DNA from: an uncultured virus (IMG/VR IMGVR_UViG_3300042731_007181)
Lineage: Duplodnaviria; Heunggongvirae; Uroviricota; Caudoviricetes
IMG/VR virus record: IMGVR_UViG_3300042731_007181
Strand: one strand, 5' to 3'
DNA length: 20,000 nucleotides
Shown here: in pieces, positions 10,193-18,554 of the stretch
How the letters are laid out: the number at the start of each line of letters is the position of its first letter
Numbering within the stretch: position 1 is the stretch's first letter
Position numbers and translations under genes: made by a program
Notes under the pieces: generated by a model
What the model saw: only the letters and a program-made list of their open reading frames with translations
What the model was told of the DNA's origin: nothing
The model's database searches: none

Positions 10193-10199
10193 CATTTTA

Positions 10200-10230
10200 C
10201 AAATGTAAACCCACAAGTATCTGATGTAAA
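10200..10230 (-). promoter_or_regulatory. Candidate Bacteroidota sigma-A type promoter
   Basis: Minus strand reads TTTA-N19-TACATTTG. This is an exact match to the -7 element TAnnTTTG and a 3/4 match to the -33 element TTTG at canonical spacing. Confidence 0.4.
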
Positions 10231-10236
10231 TTATTA

Positions 10237-12075
10237 TTATTTGTAGTCGACGTTTTTAAGGTTCTTTACTCTGACCTTAATATCCTTCTCAGGGAACCTC
10301 ACTTGATAGATTTGTGATGGTTCGGCAAAGATTGTCTCATCTATTAATTGAATCTCTTTCGTCTCATTATCAGAATATCTTTGAGATGTTTCTGAAGATG
10401 AATATTGACCCCCAACCTTATTATAGATTTTCAAATCAGTGATTGATATTACACCTCCAACATTTTGAATGATTTGTTTCAACTGAGAAACGAATATATT
10501 CTGACCCATTGTTCTATCAGTCGGAGCCATAAATCTTGATACCTCATCAATAATTTTTGTGATAACAGTTCCTTGATTCTGACCTGAATCTAAAACAACA
10601 GATAAATCATACTCCAAATCAATGACCTGACCTACATTAACAGAAATGTAATCATTAATCATTCTGTATTTAGACAAATAATTGGCAATATTTTGTTTCA
10701 ATGTATTCGATACTGTCTGTGTTAGACTACCATTAGAATCGTATGATAAAACATTGATATTGATTTTATTGTCTTTTTCAGTGATTGCCGTCTTAGCAGG
10801 TGCACCATATTTTCCTGGCATTTTTCTTATTAAAGCATTGTAGTCATTGATGGTAACCGCTCTGTTCTGAGATGCAAAGTTGAATGTTACCATATTTCTT
10901 ACCTCTTCGATAGATGGTTGATTAGCACCACCGATAGCTGCTGTTACGTTATTTACAGTCAATGAATTGACGACTGTTTGATTGTTATTATTTGATGGAC
11001 CATTTACAAAGAAATTCACAGTCCCAACTTGATTGATTGCATTCACACCAATGTTAGATGCTGCGCCACCACCTACTCTATATTTGACAAATAATGTTGT
11101 ATTCGCCTTAACCGTCCTACCCAATCCAATATTATTTTGGTAATCTTGAATTCTCAACGATACACCGTTTCTTGCAAATTCAGCCAATTGGTCATCGGCC
11201 GTTGTTGAACCACCACCAAATTGTACTTTCATAAAATTATTAGGTGTATACTCAGTGATAAATCTGTTTTCTGTTTCTATATACTTCCCTACTTTGATAC
11301 CAGGTACATCAGATGGTTTAGTACTATCTTCAACAAACACAGTCGTTTCTGCCAACGATTCCACCTCATACCATCTATCCTGTGCATTAACAAATTCAGT
11401 ATATGTTGGTGTTGATTGGAATGACGTACCATCTTTTTGTATGATATCAACAACTTCTAATACATTTCTTTCAGGTAAGAAGAATTCGAAGAATGGTTTA
11501 ACATCGTTAGGATTGATTACTTTTTTGAATACTTTGGTTAGACCGTTAACAACCACCTCTCTTTTTGTGATGGTATAGTTTACCAATACATTATTAGAAT
11601 CAAAATTAGGGATTTTAGTTCTGTTAGGGAAACCTTCATTATTGTATTGAGATGCAAAGTCTATATCATATACGTTCTCAAATACTTGACCTGCACCAAT
11701 AACTTGTGAACCGGCTCTAAGAATACCTAAGTATCTTGAATCTTCTTGGTCACCGAGTGCCGGTACCGTAATCGAAAAATCGACAATAGCCACCGATGGT
11801 CTATTACCTGGTATCTTCAATCCATAAGTTCTGGCTATATTGAATATAGATGAACGTTGTTGGGCGTATTGTAGAACAGTCTCTTGAATACTTCTATCAA
11901 TATGGTAATTTAAGTTATCACCTATCGCGGCGTTGAGGTCCATTAACACTGAATAAACCGCAGCATCATTGAAGTTGTCTATAAGTTCAGGATAGTACTG
12001 TTTAGTATAATTTACTAAGTCCTGTCTTAGACCTTCGAAGTCTCTTTCCGTATATGAAATCTTTTTACCTGCCAT
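10237..12075 (-). CDS. Baseplate wedge protein, T4 gp6 / P2 gpJ-like (612 aa)
   Basis: N-terminus ISYTERDFEGLRQDLVNY...ELIDNFND...YAQQRSSIFNIARTYG, plus YRVGGGAASN and QNRAVTINDY motifs, typical of gp6-like wedge proteins. Follows a gp25-like gene. Confidence 0.9.
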   Translation of the reverse strand: MAGKKISYTERDFEGLRQDLVNYTKQYYPELIDNFNDAAVYSVLMDLNAAIGDNLNYHIDRSIQETVLQYAQQRSSIFNIARTYGLKIPGNRPSVAIVDFSITVPALGDQEDSRYLGILRAGSQVIGAGQVFENVYDIDFASQYNNEGFPNRTKIPNFDSNNVLVNYTITKREVVVNGLTKVFKKVINPNDVKPFFEFFLPERNVLEVVDIIQKDGTSFQSTPTYTEFVNAQDRWYEVESLAETTVFVEDSTKPSDVPGIKVGKYIETENRFITEYTPNNFMKVQFGGGSTTADDQLAEFARNGVSLRIQDYQNNIGLGRTVKANTTLFVKYRVGGGAASNIGVNAINQVGTVNFFVNGPSNNNNQTVVNSLTVNNVTAAIGGANQPSIEEVRNMVTFNFASQNRAVTINDYNALIRKMPGKYGAPAKTAITEKDNKININVLSYDSNGSLTQTVSNTLKQNIANYLSKYRMINDYISVNVGQVIDLEYDLSVVLDSGQNQGTVITKIIDEVSRFMAPTDRTMGQNIFVSQLKQIIQNVGGVISITDLKIYNKVGGQYSSSETSQRYSDNETKEIQLIDETIFAEPSQIYQVRFPEKDIKVRVKNLKNVDYK

Positions 12076-12081
12076 CTACTA

Positions 12082-12546
12082 TTAAATATTGATGATTATG
12101 AAATCTTTTGATTGGAATGTATTGTCGGTGATGGTATAATCTATTCTTAATTTTGCCGTATATTCTTCAACACCACGACCTGGTAATCTATATATACCAC
12201 CAATACCTAACTTTTCAGTATTCAAATCACCTTGAGCATCTAAATCATCCAAATAAGGTGTAATCGTTATTTCATTAATTGTTAAGTTAGGTATGTACTT
12301 TTCAACCGAATTTGTAATATCCTCTTTGATTGCTTCGAAGCTTGTACCATCCATCGGTTCGAAAATAAATTCATAAATTCGTGTTCCAAAATCAGGTAAA
12401 TAATATCTACTACCCTTTCTGGTAAGTATCAAATGAAGTAAGTCAGTTCTAATCTCCTCATCAGCAGTCTGTGAAAGAGAAAGATACTTACCATCTTTAC
12501 TATCCTGAAAAGGAAAATTAATACCGTATGTTTTACCGTCAGCCAT
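12082..12546 (-). CDS. Baseplate wedge / sheath-initiator protein, GPW/gp25 family (154 aa)
   Basis: YGINFPF...IRTDLLHLILTRKGSRYYLPDFGTRIYEFIFEP matches the gp25 signature (L-L-T-x-x-G-E/S-R-x-x-x-P-x-F-G). Confidence 0.92.
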   Translation of the reverse strand: MADGKTYGINFPFQDSKDGKYLSLSQTADEEIRTDLLHLILTRKGSRYYLPDFGTRIYEFIFEPMDGTSFEAIKEDITNSVEKYIPNLTINEITITPYLDDLDAQGDLNTEKLGIGGIYRLPGRGVEEYTAKLRIDYTITDNTFQSKDFIIINI

Positions 12547-12550
12547 TACC

Positions 12551-12561
12551 TATAAATACTT
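12551..12561 (-). promoter_or_regulatory. AAGTATTTATA motif, candidate phage late promoter at the head of the structural module
   Basis: Lies between the terminator and the gp25 ATG. The same 10-mer recurs at 10176-10185 and 1452-1461 in the same orientation. Confidence 0.4.
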
Positions 12562-12577
12562 TAACAATATAAATTAT

Positions 12578-12605
12578 AAAAAAAAGAGGACCGAAGTCCT
12601 CTTTT
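12578..12605 (-). terminator. Rho-independent terminator ending the replication/RNR operon
   Basis: Minus strand AAAAGAGGAC-TTCG-GTCCTC-TTTTTTTT: a perfect stem with a C(UUCG)G tetraloop and an 8-U tract, 27 nt after the nrdA stop. A shorter T-tract on the other side suggests it may be bidirectional. Confidence 0.9.
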
Positions 12606-12632
12606 ATATTTGTTGTTTGTTAAAAATAACAA

Positions 12633-14339
12633 TTAACCTTCACAAGCAACACACTGTAAGTCATTCAAATTCAATTTCTTTCTTGCAAAAGCTTGAGCTG
12701 AATTCATTGAGTGCTGGTAGTATAATGTCTTCACACCCAACTGCCAAGCTTCAATAAGAAGTTTGTTAACATCCCTTGTCGGCATGTCAGGTGAAATCAT
12801 TAAGTTTAGTGATTGTGATTGGTCAATGTAATCTTGACGAACCGCAGCTTGGTTGATAATTGATGATTGGTTAATCTCAGCAAATGTTCTGAAGATATCC
12901 TTTTGTTCATCACTTAAGAAATCCAAGTGTTGTACTGAACCGTCGTTTTGTTTGATACTGTTCCATACGTCTTTGGTGTCCTTACCCAACTCAGCCAATA
13001 CTTTCTTCAATACCGGGTTTTTGATGGTTACCTTCATCTTAGCAACGTCCTTCACATAACAGTTAGACCAAATTGGTTCAATTGATTGTGATACCTGACC
13101 CAAGATAAACGCTGAAGATGTTGTTGGTGCAATTGCATTCAACGTAACATTTCTTCTACCATAACCTTTTAGGTATTCTGGTTCACCGAACATCTCAGCC
13201 AACTTCTCTGAAGCCGCGTATGATTTCTCTTTGATAAGTTTGAATACCTCAACATTCAATCTTGCAGTGTCTCTTGTATCAAAAGCTAATCCACGTGACT
13301 GAAGTAATGAGTGCCATCCCAATACACCCAAACCTAACGCTCTTTGTCTCTTAGCGAAGTTGTAAGCTTTCTCCAAATAGAAGAACCCTCTCTTACCTTC
13401 AATAGTTCCGTTGTCTCTAATGTCCTCAATCTTAGTTAAGAACTCTGTAACAACTGCGTCTAAGAACATAGTCATCGTTTCAACTGCGTCGGTATCTTTC
13501 CACTCGTCGTAGTGTAGAACATTCATTGATGACAATACACAAACAAATGACTCTTCTTCAGAGTTGTGAAGTGCAATCTCTGAACATAAGTTAGAGTTGT
13601 AAATCTTCGCACCTTTGTCTTTGTATACATCAACTGTTTTGTTGTTCATCGTGTCGTGGAACATGATGTATGGATAACCAATCTCACCTCTTCTTTGGAT
13701 TACCTTTGCCCAAATCGCTCTCTTTTCCTCATCACCAGCAATCATCTCATTCATAAACTCATCAGTCACTGTAACTGCGTGAGTTAAGTCTTGAATTGGG
13801 AAACCTTCCGTACCAATCTCCAAGAACTCCATGATATCTGGGTGTTCTACTGGTAGATATGGTGAGAAACGACCACGACGTGTTGAACCCTGAGAAATGT
13901 TATCCACAACACTCTCAAACAAGTTCATGAAGTGTACCGAACCTGGTGCAAGACCGTTGTCAGTAATTTCAGCACCTCTTTCTCTGATGTTACCGAAGTA
14001 ACCTGAGGTACCTCCACCCATCTTACTCATCTCTCCAACCTCTGCTTGTGTATAAAGAATTGACTCAATATTGTCACCGATGTTAGAACCGAAACAACTT
14101 ACTGGTAGACCTCTCTTCTTACCGAAGTTTGCCCATACAGGTGATGATAGTGAGTACCATCCTTTACCCATATAGTCATAAAATTTATCTGCAAAACCTT
14201 CAATACCTAAAAGGTTCTCAGCGTGGTCTGCGATTGTTCTAATTCTTTCCAACGGTTCCTCTCCCTCACTAAGATATCCTCTTTGTAGAAAGGTAATTGA
14301 TTCTTCGTTAATCCATTCAAATGGTTTTCTATCGTTCAT
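12633..14339 (-). CDS. nrdA: Class I ribonucleotide reductase alpha subunit, short form without ATP-cone (NrdAi / class Id-like)
   Basis: PVSCF, the active-site loop SNLCSEI (N-x-C-x-E), FVCVLSS, AIAPTTSS, the radical-path YY (KTLYYQ) and a C-terminal CVAC redox pair. Only 568 aa, starting directly with the core. Confidence 0.96.
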   Translation of the reverse strand: MNDRKPFEWINEESITFLQRGYLSEGEEPLERIRTIADHAENLLGIEGFADKFYDYMGKGWYSLSSPVWANFGKKRGLPVSCFGSNIGDNIESILYTQAEVGEMSKMGGGTSGYFGNIRERGAEITDNGLAPGSVHFMNLFESVVDNISQGSTRRGRFSPYLPVEHPDIMEFLEIGTEGFPIQDLTHAVTVTDEFMNEMIAGDEEKRAIWAKVIQRRGEIGYPYIMFHDTMNNKTVDVYKDKGAKIYNSNLCSEIALHNSEEESFVCVLSSMNVLHYDEWKDTDAVETMTMFLDAVVTEFLTKIEDIRDNGTIEGKRGFFYLEKAYNFAKRQRALGLGVLGWHSLLQSRGLAFDTRDTARLNVEVFKLIKEKSYAASEKLAEMFGEPEYLKGYGRRNVTLNAIAPTTSSAFILGQVSQSIEPIWSNCYVKDVAKMKVTIKNPVLKKVLAELGKDTKDVWNSIKQNDGSVQHLDFLSDEQKDIFRTFAEINQSSIINQAAVRQDYIDQSQSLNLMISPDMPTRDVNKLLIEAWQLGVKTLYYQHSMNSAQAFARKKLNLNDLQCVACEG

Positions 14340-14358
14340 TTTTTGTTAATGTTTTTTG

Positions 14359-15639
14359 TTAAAATAAATCGTTTGATGTAATTGATTTAGATTTCTTACT
14401 GTAGTTAATACTTCTTTTGTTGAAGAAATCTGTGTGTTTTGTAGTCAGAATTTCATCATCAAACCACTCAGTCGTTTCCAACAGCGTCTCATTGATTTCA
14501 AAAATACTTTCAAGACCAATAGAGTTTAATGATACATTAAATCTATGTTTAATAAATTCCATAGTCTGACTTTTCGTTAAGAAATCCAAATCACCTTCCT
14601 CAAAAATCCAATTTATAATTTCTGTTTCTGCCTCAAATGCTTCCATAGTCGCACTGATAAGGTCTTCCTGTAATCCTTCTGTCCACCATGATGGGTTCTC
14701 TTGTTTGATAAGGTTTACCAAATCAAACCCAAACTCTGCGTGGATATTTTCTTCTTTTGATGTTGCCTCAACAGCGTTACTAATACCTTTCAACATGTTC
14801 TTATGTTTGTTGAATGATAACATAACCAAGAATTGTGAGAACAACGACACATTTTCTACAAACATAGAGAATAATACTACAGACTCAAAGTAGTCTTTGT
14901 TTTCTACTGACTTTGAGTTTGAAATAGATTTCTCTAAGTATTTGATTCTTCTACGAATAGCCGGTACTTCCATAAGAGTTTCAAACTCTGCGTTAAGACC
15001 CAACAACTGAATCAAATGAGAATATGCATCTGCGTGTCTTACTTCTGATTCTGCGAATGTTGCACCTACATTACCAATTTCAGGTTTTGGCATCCTTTTG
15101 TAGATGTCACCCCAAAATGATTTCACCGCAACTTCAATCTGTGAGATTGCCAACATCGCTCTTTTTACTGCGGTTTTTTCTTTTTTATCCAAGTGAACTT
15201 TGAAATCTTGGATGTCCGATGTAAAATTAAACTCAGTGTGTACCCAGTATGAGTGTCTGATAGCATCTACATACTCATTAAGATTTGGGTATTCATAAGG
15301 TTTAAGATTGGTTCTTTTTGAGAAGATATCAGGTCTGTGTTTTGCACGGTACACGATATACTCTCTTGCCACGTCGTTAAGACCATTATCCATCAATTTG
15401 TTTTCAACCATTTCGTGGATTTCGTCTACGTGTGGAGTTTTATCTTTATCATCTCTGAAGATTCCCTTGCGAGTGAGTCTCGCAATCTTCTCAGCCATTT
15501 CATCATCAACCTCACCTACTGACTGCATCGCCTTCAGTACTGCGTATTTGATTTTCTCCGCTTCGAAGATTACCTCTTCACCACTTCTCTTAATTACATA
15601 ACGAGTTTCTTTACTGTTCATAGTATTAAAATTTACCAT
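14359..15639 (-). CDS. nrdB: Class I ribonucleotide reductase beta subunit with N-terminal ATP-cone (NrdBi / class Id-like)
   Basis: ATP-cone YVIKRSGEEVIFEAEKIKYAVLKA...VDEIHEMVENKLM...VAREYIVYR at aa ~14-102. Ferritin-like ligands SQIE(169)VAVK, E(199)VRH..AY, VENVSLFSQF and KEENIH; C-terminal DFFNKRSINY. The start could be the second Met at 15621. Confidence 0.96.
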   Translation of the reverse strand: MVNFNTMNSKETRYVIKRSGEEVIFEAEKIKYAVLKAMQSVGEVDDEMAEKIARLTRKGIFRDDKDKTPHVDEIHEMVENKLMDNGLNDVAREYIVYRAKHRPDIFSKRTNLKPYEYPNLNEYVDAIRHSYWVHTEFNFTSDIQDFKVHLDKKEKTAVKRAMLAISQIEVAVKSFWGDIYKRMPKPEIGNVGATFAESEVRHADAYSHLIQLLGLNAEFETLMEVPAIRRRIKYLEKSISNSKSVENKDYFESVVLFSMFVENVSLFSQFLVMLSFNKHKNMLKGISNAVEATSKEENIHAEFGFDLVNLIKQENPSWWTEGLQEDLISATMEAFEAETEIINWIFEEGDLDFLTKSQTMEFIKHRFNVSLNSIGLESIFEINETLLETTEWFDDEILTTKHTDFFNKRSINYSKKSKSITSNDLF

Positions 15640-15652
15640 AATTTATTATTGT

Positions 15653-17035
15653 TTAGTTTTGTTGTCCCTCACGTTGCTTACGCTTCTCCATGAGTTCCTT
15701 GATTCTATCCCTCTGTTTCTCTTCCCTTTGTTCTTCCAAACCTAAGAAAGTCATACTCTGTTCAGTATCAATAACCAACATCTCATTGTCATACTTACAA
15801 TTCTCAAACACAATACCGTCTTTTCCGATACGAGACTTAGTAATTGCAATGGTTGCCAAGTTCATCTCCTTTTGTTGAAGAGACTTTGCAACCGAGATAA
15901 TCACGTGACCAACCTGAGCCTTCTTAATAGAACCACCCATCTGGTCGGTTGTCACAACTTCTGATGATATTGAAGAACGGTTACCCTGTGTTGCGGTCCA
16001 TCCAACGATGTCCAACTCGTGACACATCGCCTCAAAAGCCCTCATCACAGAACCTTCACTCTTCCATTCATCACCCAAGTTTTTGTCAGGTGTGATACAA
16101 TCAATGTAATCTACAACAATCATATCAATTTTGTTCCCTTCCGCTATCATCTTTCTGACCTGATTCTTAATTTGATTCATAGTCATAGTATCTGACGGTA
16201 ACTTCTTTAGAGTCAAAGAGTTTTTCGTGTTCTCTTTGATTTCTCTAACCTTTGCCATCACATCATCTCTGTGGTTAGACAAATTGTCAGGAGCAATACC
16301 TGTCCAAAGTGTGAAGTGTTTACGTTGAATAATCTTTGGGTTGTCCTCAAAGAAAATTTGTAAAACGTTGTAACCCAAGTTGAATGCGTGGTTTGAAATC
16401 TTTGTTAAGAATGTCGTCTTACCAACACCTGTCGGTGCCAAGATAACTCCAATCTCACCTTTTGCCAATCCACCTTTCATAAGGTTATCAATACCTGGTA
16501 CTCCCATCGGAATTGGGTGACGGTAGTCGTCATCCAACACTATATCCAAATTTGAGAATACATCAGAGGTACCTGTGTCCACCTCACCAACTTGTAAAGC
16601 TTCTCTTACCATCTCCTCCAAGTGGTCGTATGACTCAAAATCACCTTTATCAATGATTTTCTGAGCTTTACTCATCACCTTCTGTAATTCTTGTTGTTTA
16701 CAGAACTTAAGTGACTTCTCTTGAACAAAGTCTGACCCTTCAATTGGTGCTTCTTTGACATCTTTTAACATGTCAAAAACCATTTTCTGAGCCATAGGAG
16801 AGGTAATTTCACTCTTCGTTAGTTGTTCCAATGTAGCAAATGTTGGAGTATGTTCGTATTTCACGTAGTACTCCTTAATCATCTGCATAATGATTTTGAA
16901 ATATTGATTATCAAAATACTTCGGGTCCAACACATCAACAATTGAATTGGCAAAGTCTTTGTCAATTACGATGTTGTTTAGAAGTTGTATTTGGAATGAG
17001 TTACCGAGGTAACCGAAGTTTTTATCTTTTGACAT
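15653..17035 (-). CDS. Replicative DNA helicase, DnaB / T4 gp41-like (SF4)
   Basis: Walker A APTGVGKT, Walker B IVVDYID, WTATQGNR and ITKSRIGKDG motifs, with an N-terminal helical DnaB-like domain. Confidence 0.93.
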   Translation of the reverse strand: MSKDKNFGYLGNSFQIQLLNNIVIDKDFANSIVDVLDPKYFDNQYFKIIMQMIKEYYVKYEHTPTFATLEQLTKSEITSPMAQKMVFDMLKDVKEAPIEGSDFVQEKSLKFCKQQELQKVMSKAQKIIDKGDFESYDHLEEMVREALQVGEVDTGTSDVFSNLDIVLDDDYRHPIPMGVPGIDNLMKGGLAKGEIGVILAPTGVGKTTFLTKISNHAFNLGYNVLQIFFEDNPKIIQRKHFTLWTGIAPDNLSNHRDDVMAKVREIKENTKNSLTLKKLPSDTMTMNQIKNQVRKMIAEGNKIDMIVVDYIDCITPDKNLGDEWKSEGSVMRAFEAMCHELDIVGWTATQGNRSSISSEVVTTDQMGGSIKKAQVGHVIISVAKSLQQKEMNLATIAITKSRIGKDGIVFENCKYDNEMLVIDTEQSMTFLGLEEQREEKQRDRIKELMEKRKQREGQQN

Positions 17036-17072
17036 ATCAATCTTTTTTCTTTCGGGTAAATAATAAATATGG

Positions 17073-17525
17073 TTAACCTAACTGATATTCCATGTAGTCA
17101 TACGATAAATCTTCGCTTGAGAAAATCTCTGTCAAACCGCGAAGCAAACTTTTTAGTTGCGGGCGTATGTCTACGGTGTATCTTATTTTCGGCGGGTATA
17201 ATTTCGCGTCAATAATTTTATGACAAATTGTCTCATCACCCAGTCTAATTTTGATGTGGAATGTCTCCGGACCCTCAGTGTTTGATGTGTCCAAAATTGC
17301 CGGGTCCAAAACAATTTGATTGTAATGGTCCAACATATACATGTTGGTTCTTGCCTTCAAGTCTTTCATCAATTTGTTACCAAATTCATTAACGAATTCA
17401 ACAACATCAATGCTCTTTCGTGCTTTCGGATTATACCCTCTAACGTTGAAGTAACGCTGTACTACGATGTTGTCGTTCAACATCAAAAGGAATTCCATTT
17501 TTGTTACGTCGTTTTTTTCTTTCAT
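17073..17525 (-). CDS. Hypothetical protein (150 aa) within the replication operon
   Basis: Fills the gap between the exonuclease and helicase genes on the same strand, starting 3 nt after the upstream stop. No motif recognised. Confidence 0.8.
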   Translation of the reverse strand: MKEKNDVTKMEFLLMLNDNIVVQRYFNVRGYNPKARKSIDVVEFVNEFGNKLMKDLKARTNMYMLDHYNQIVLDPAILDTSNTEGPETFHIKIRLGDETICHKIIDAKLYPPKIRYTVDIRPQLKSLLRGLTEIFSSEDLSYDYMEYQLG

Positions 17526-17528
17526 AAC

Positions 17529-18536
17529 TTAATTTTTGTTTTTGTAACGTTTTTTTTCTTTACGTGTAAGTTTCATAAACGGTGTTAAAAAATCTACCCA
17601 ACCATCATCTTGTTTGGGTAAGTATTTGAAGATTCCATCCTTCATCATCATTCTCATGAGATTCTGATATCCTCTTCCTTCGGGGTCCAACTCTTCTGTA
17701 TAGTAGAGTTCAACCTCCTCCTTACCTTCATCACTAATCATTGGGTCTGACAAATCTACAACCTTTTTGTTAATATCAAAGAATTCTTTTCCTAAAACCC
17801 CCCTTTTAGTATTCCCTTCGATGATACTTGTTAAAATCTTGCGTTTGTCCCCCTCAGATTGTAATTCTTCGGCACGTTGTATAATATCGTCAACAGAAAC
17901 CGCTTTGTCCAATATCTCAGGAAATAACTTGGCAAAAGTTTTCTCACCCAACAAATGAATACCATCAATATTATCAGATTTATCCCCCGATAGAATCTTA
18001 AATGTTGTTACATTGTAGTGTGGTATGGAAATGTCTTTCAGAGGGATGATATCTCCGTTCTTATAGACTTTTCGGTGGTTAGGTGAGTAGACCTCTACTT
18101 TGTCCGAGATAAGTTGTGTAAGGTCCTTATCTGATGAAAATATAGTTTTGTATTCATCCTCAGATATGTTACAATAGTGAGCAATCGCATCATCCGATTC
18201 ACAACCATCAATACATACCTGACGGATAAACATTTCTTCAAGATATTTCTTAATTCGCGACAACTGCCATTCAAACGAAATCTGTTGTGCCTCATTAAGA
18301 GTTCTCTTTCTATTTCTTTTGTATTGTTCGAGCAAGTCTCTTCTCGACTGTGAATTATCCTCAGCATCCCAAAATACGATAACCTTATCATAATTGTGTT
18401 CCACCAAGAACTTTTTGAGGGTATTGACGAAATGGAAGATTGCACCAATGTGGTTTCCCTCATGGTACAAATCTCTCACTCCGTGAAATCCTATTTTGAA
18501 TAAGTTGTTTCCGTCAACTAATAGTGTCTTTGTCAA
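17529..18536 (-). CDS. 5'-3' exonuclease / flap endonuclease (PolI N-terminal, T4 RNase H, T5 D15 family)
   Basis: TLLVDGNNL, IVFWD, YKRNR, ESDDAIA, FSSDKDLTQL and the H3TH motif LSGDKSDNIDGIHLLGEKT. TTG start. Confidence 0.93.
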   Translation of the reverse strand: MTKTLLVDGNNLFKIGFHGVRDLYHEGNHIGAIFHFVNTLKKFLVEHNYDKVIVFWDAEDNSQSRRDLLEQYKRNRKRTLNEAQQISFEWQLSRIKKYLEEMFIRQVCIDGCESDDAIAHYCNISEDEYKTIFSSDKDLTQLISDKVEVYSPNHRKVYKNGDIIPLKDISIPHYNVTTFKILSGDKSDNIDGIHLLGEKTFAKLFPEILDKAVSVDDIIQRAEELQSEGDKRKILTSIIEGNTKRGVLGKEFFDINKKVVDLSDPMISDEGKEEVELYYTEELDPEGRGYQNLMRMMMKDGIFKYLPKQDDGWVDFLTPFMKLTRKEKKRYKNKN

Positions 18537-18554
18537 AATACCCTTAATTAAAGG

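Noticed and set aside
10237..12546. Bacterial contractile injection system (T6SS, eCIS, tailocin) as the source of the gp25 and gp6 genes
   Set aside because: They are contiguous with a phage-type replication cluster (gp32-like SSB, UvsX-like, gp41-like helicase, stand-alone flap nuclease), and no cellular housekeeping context is present.
12551..12558. Canonical T4 late promoter TATAAATA on the plus strand (also at 1451-1458)
   Set aside because: It points away from, or antisense to, the genes, and no plus-strand gene follows. It is reported instead as the minus-strand AAGTATTTAT motif.
12607..12632. Second weak inverted repeat (TGTTGTTT...AAATAACA) after the nrdA stop
   Set aside because: It is AT-rich and imperfect, and the adjacent strong terminator already accounts for the region.
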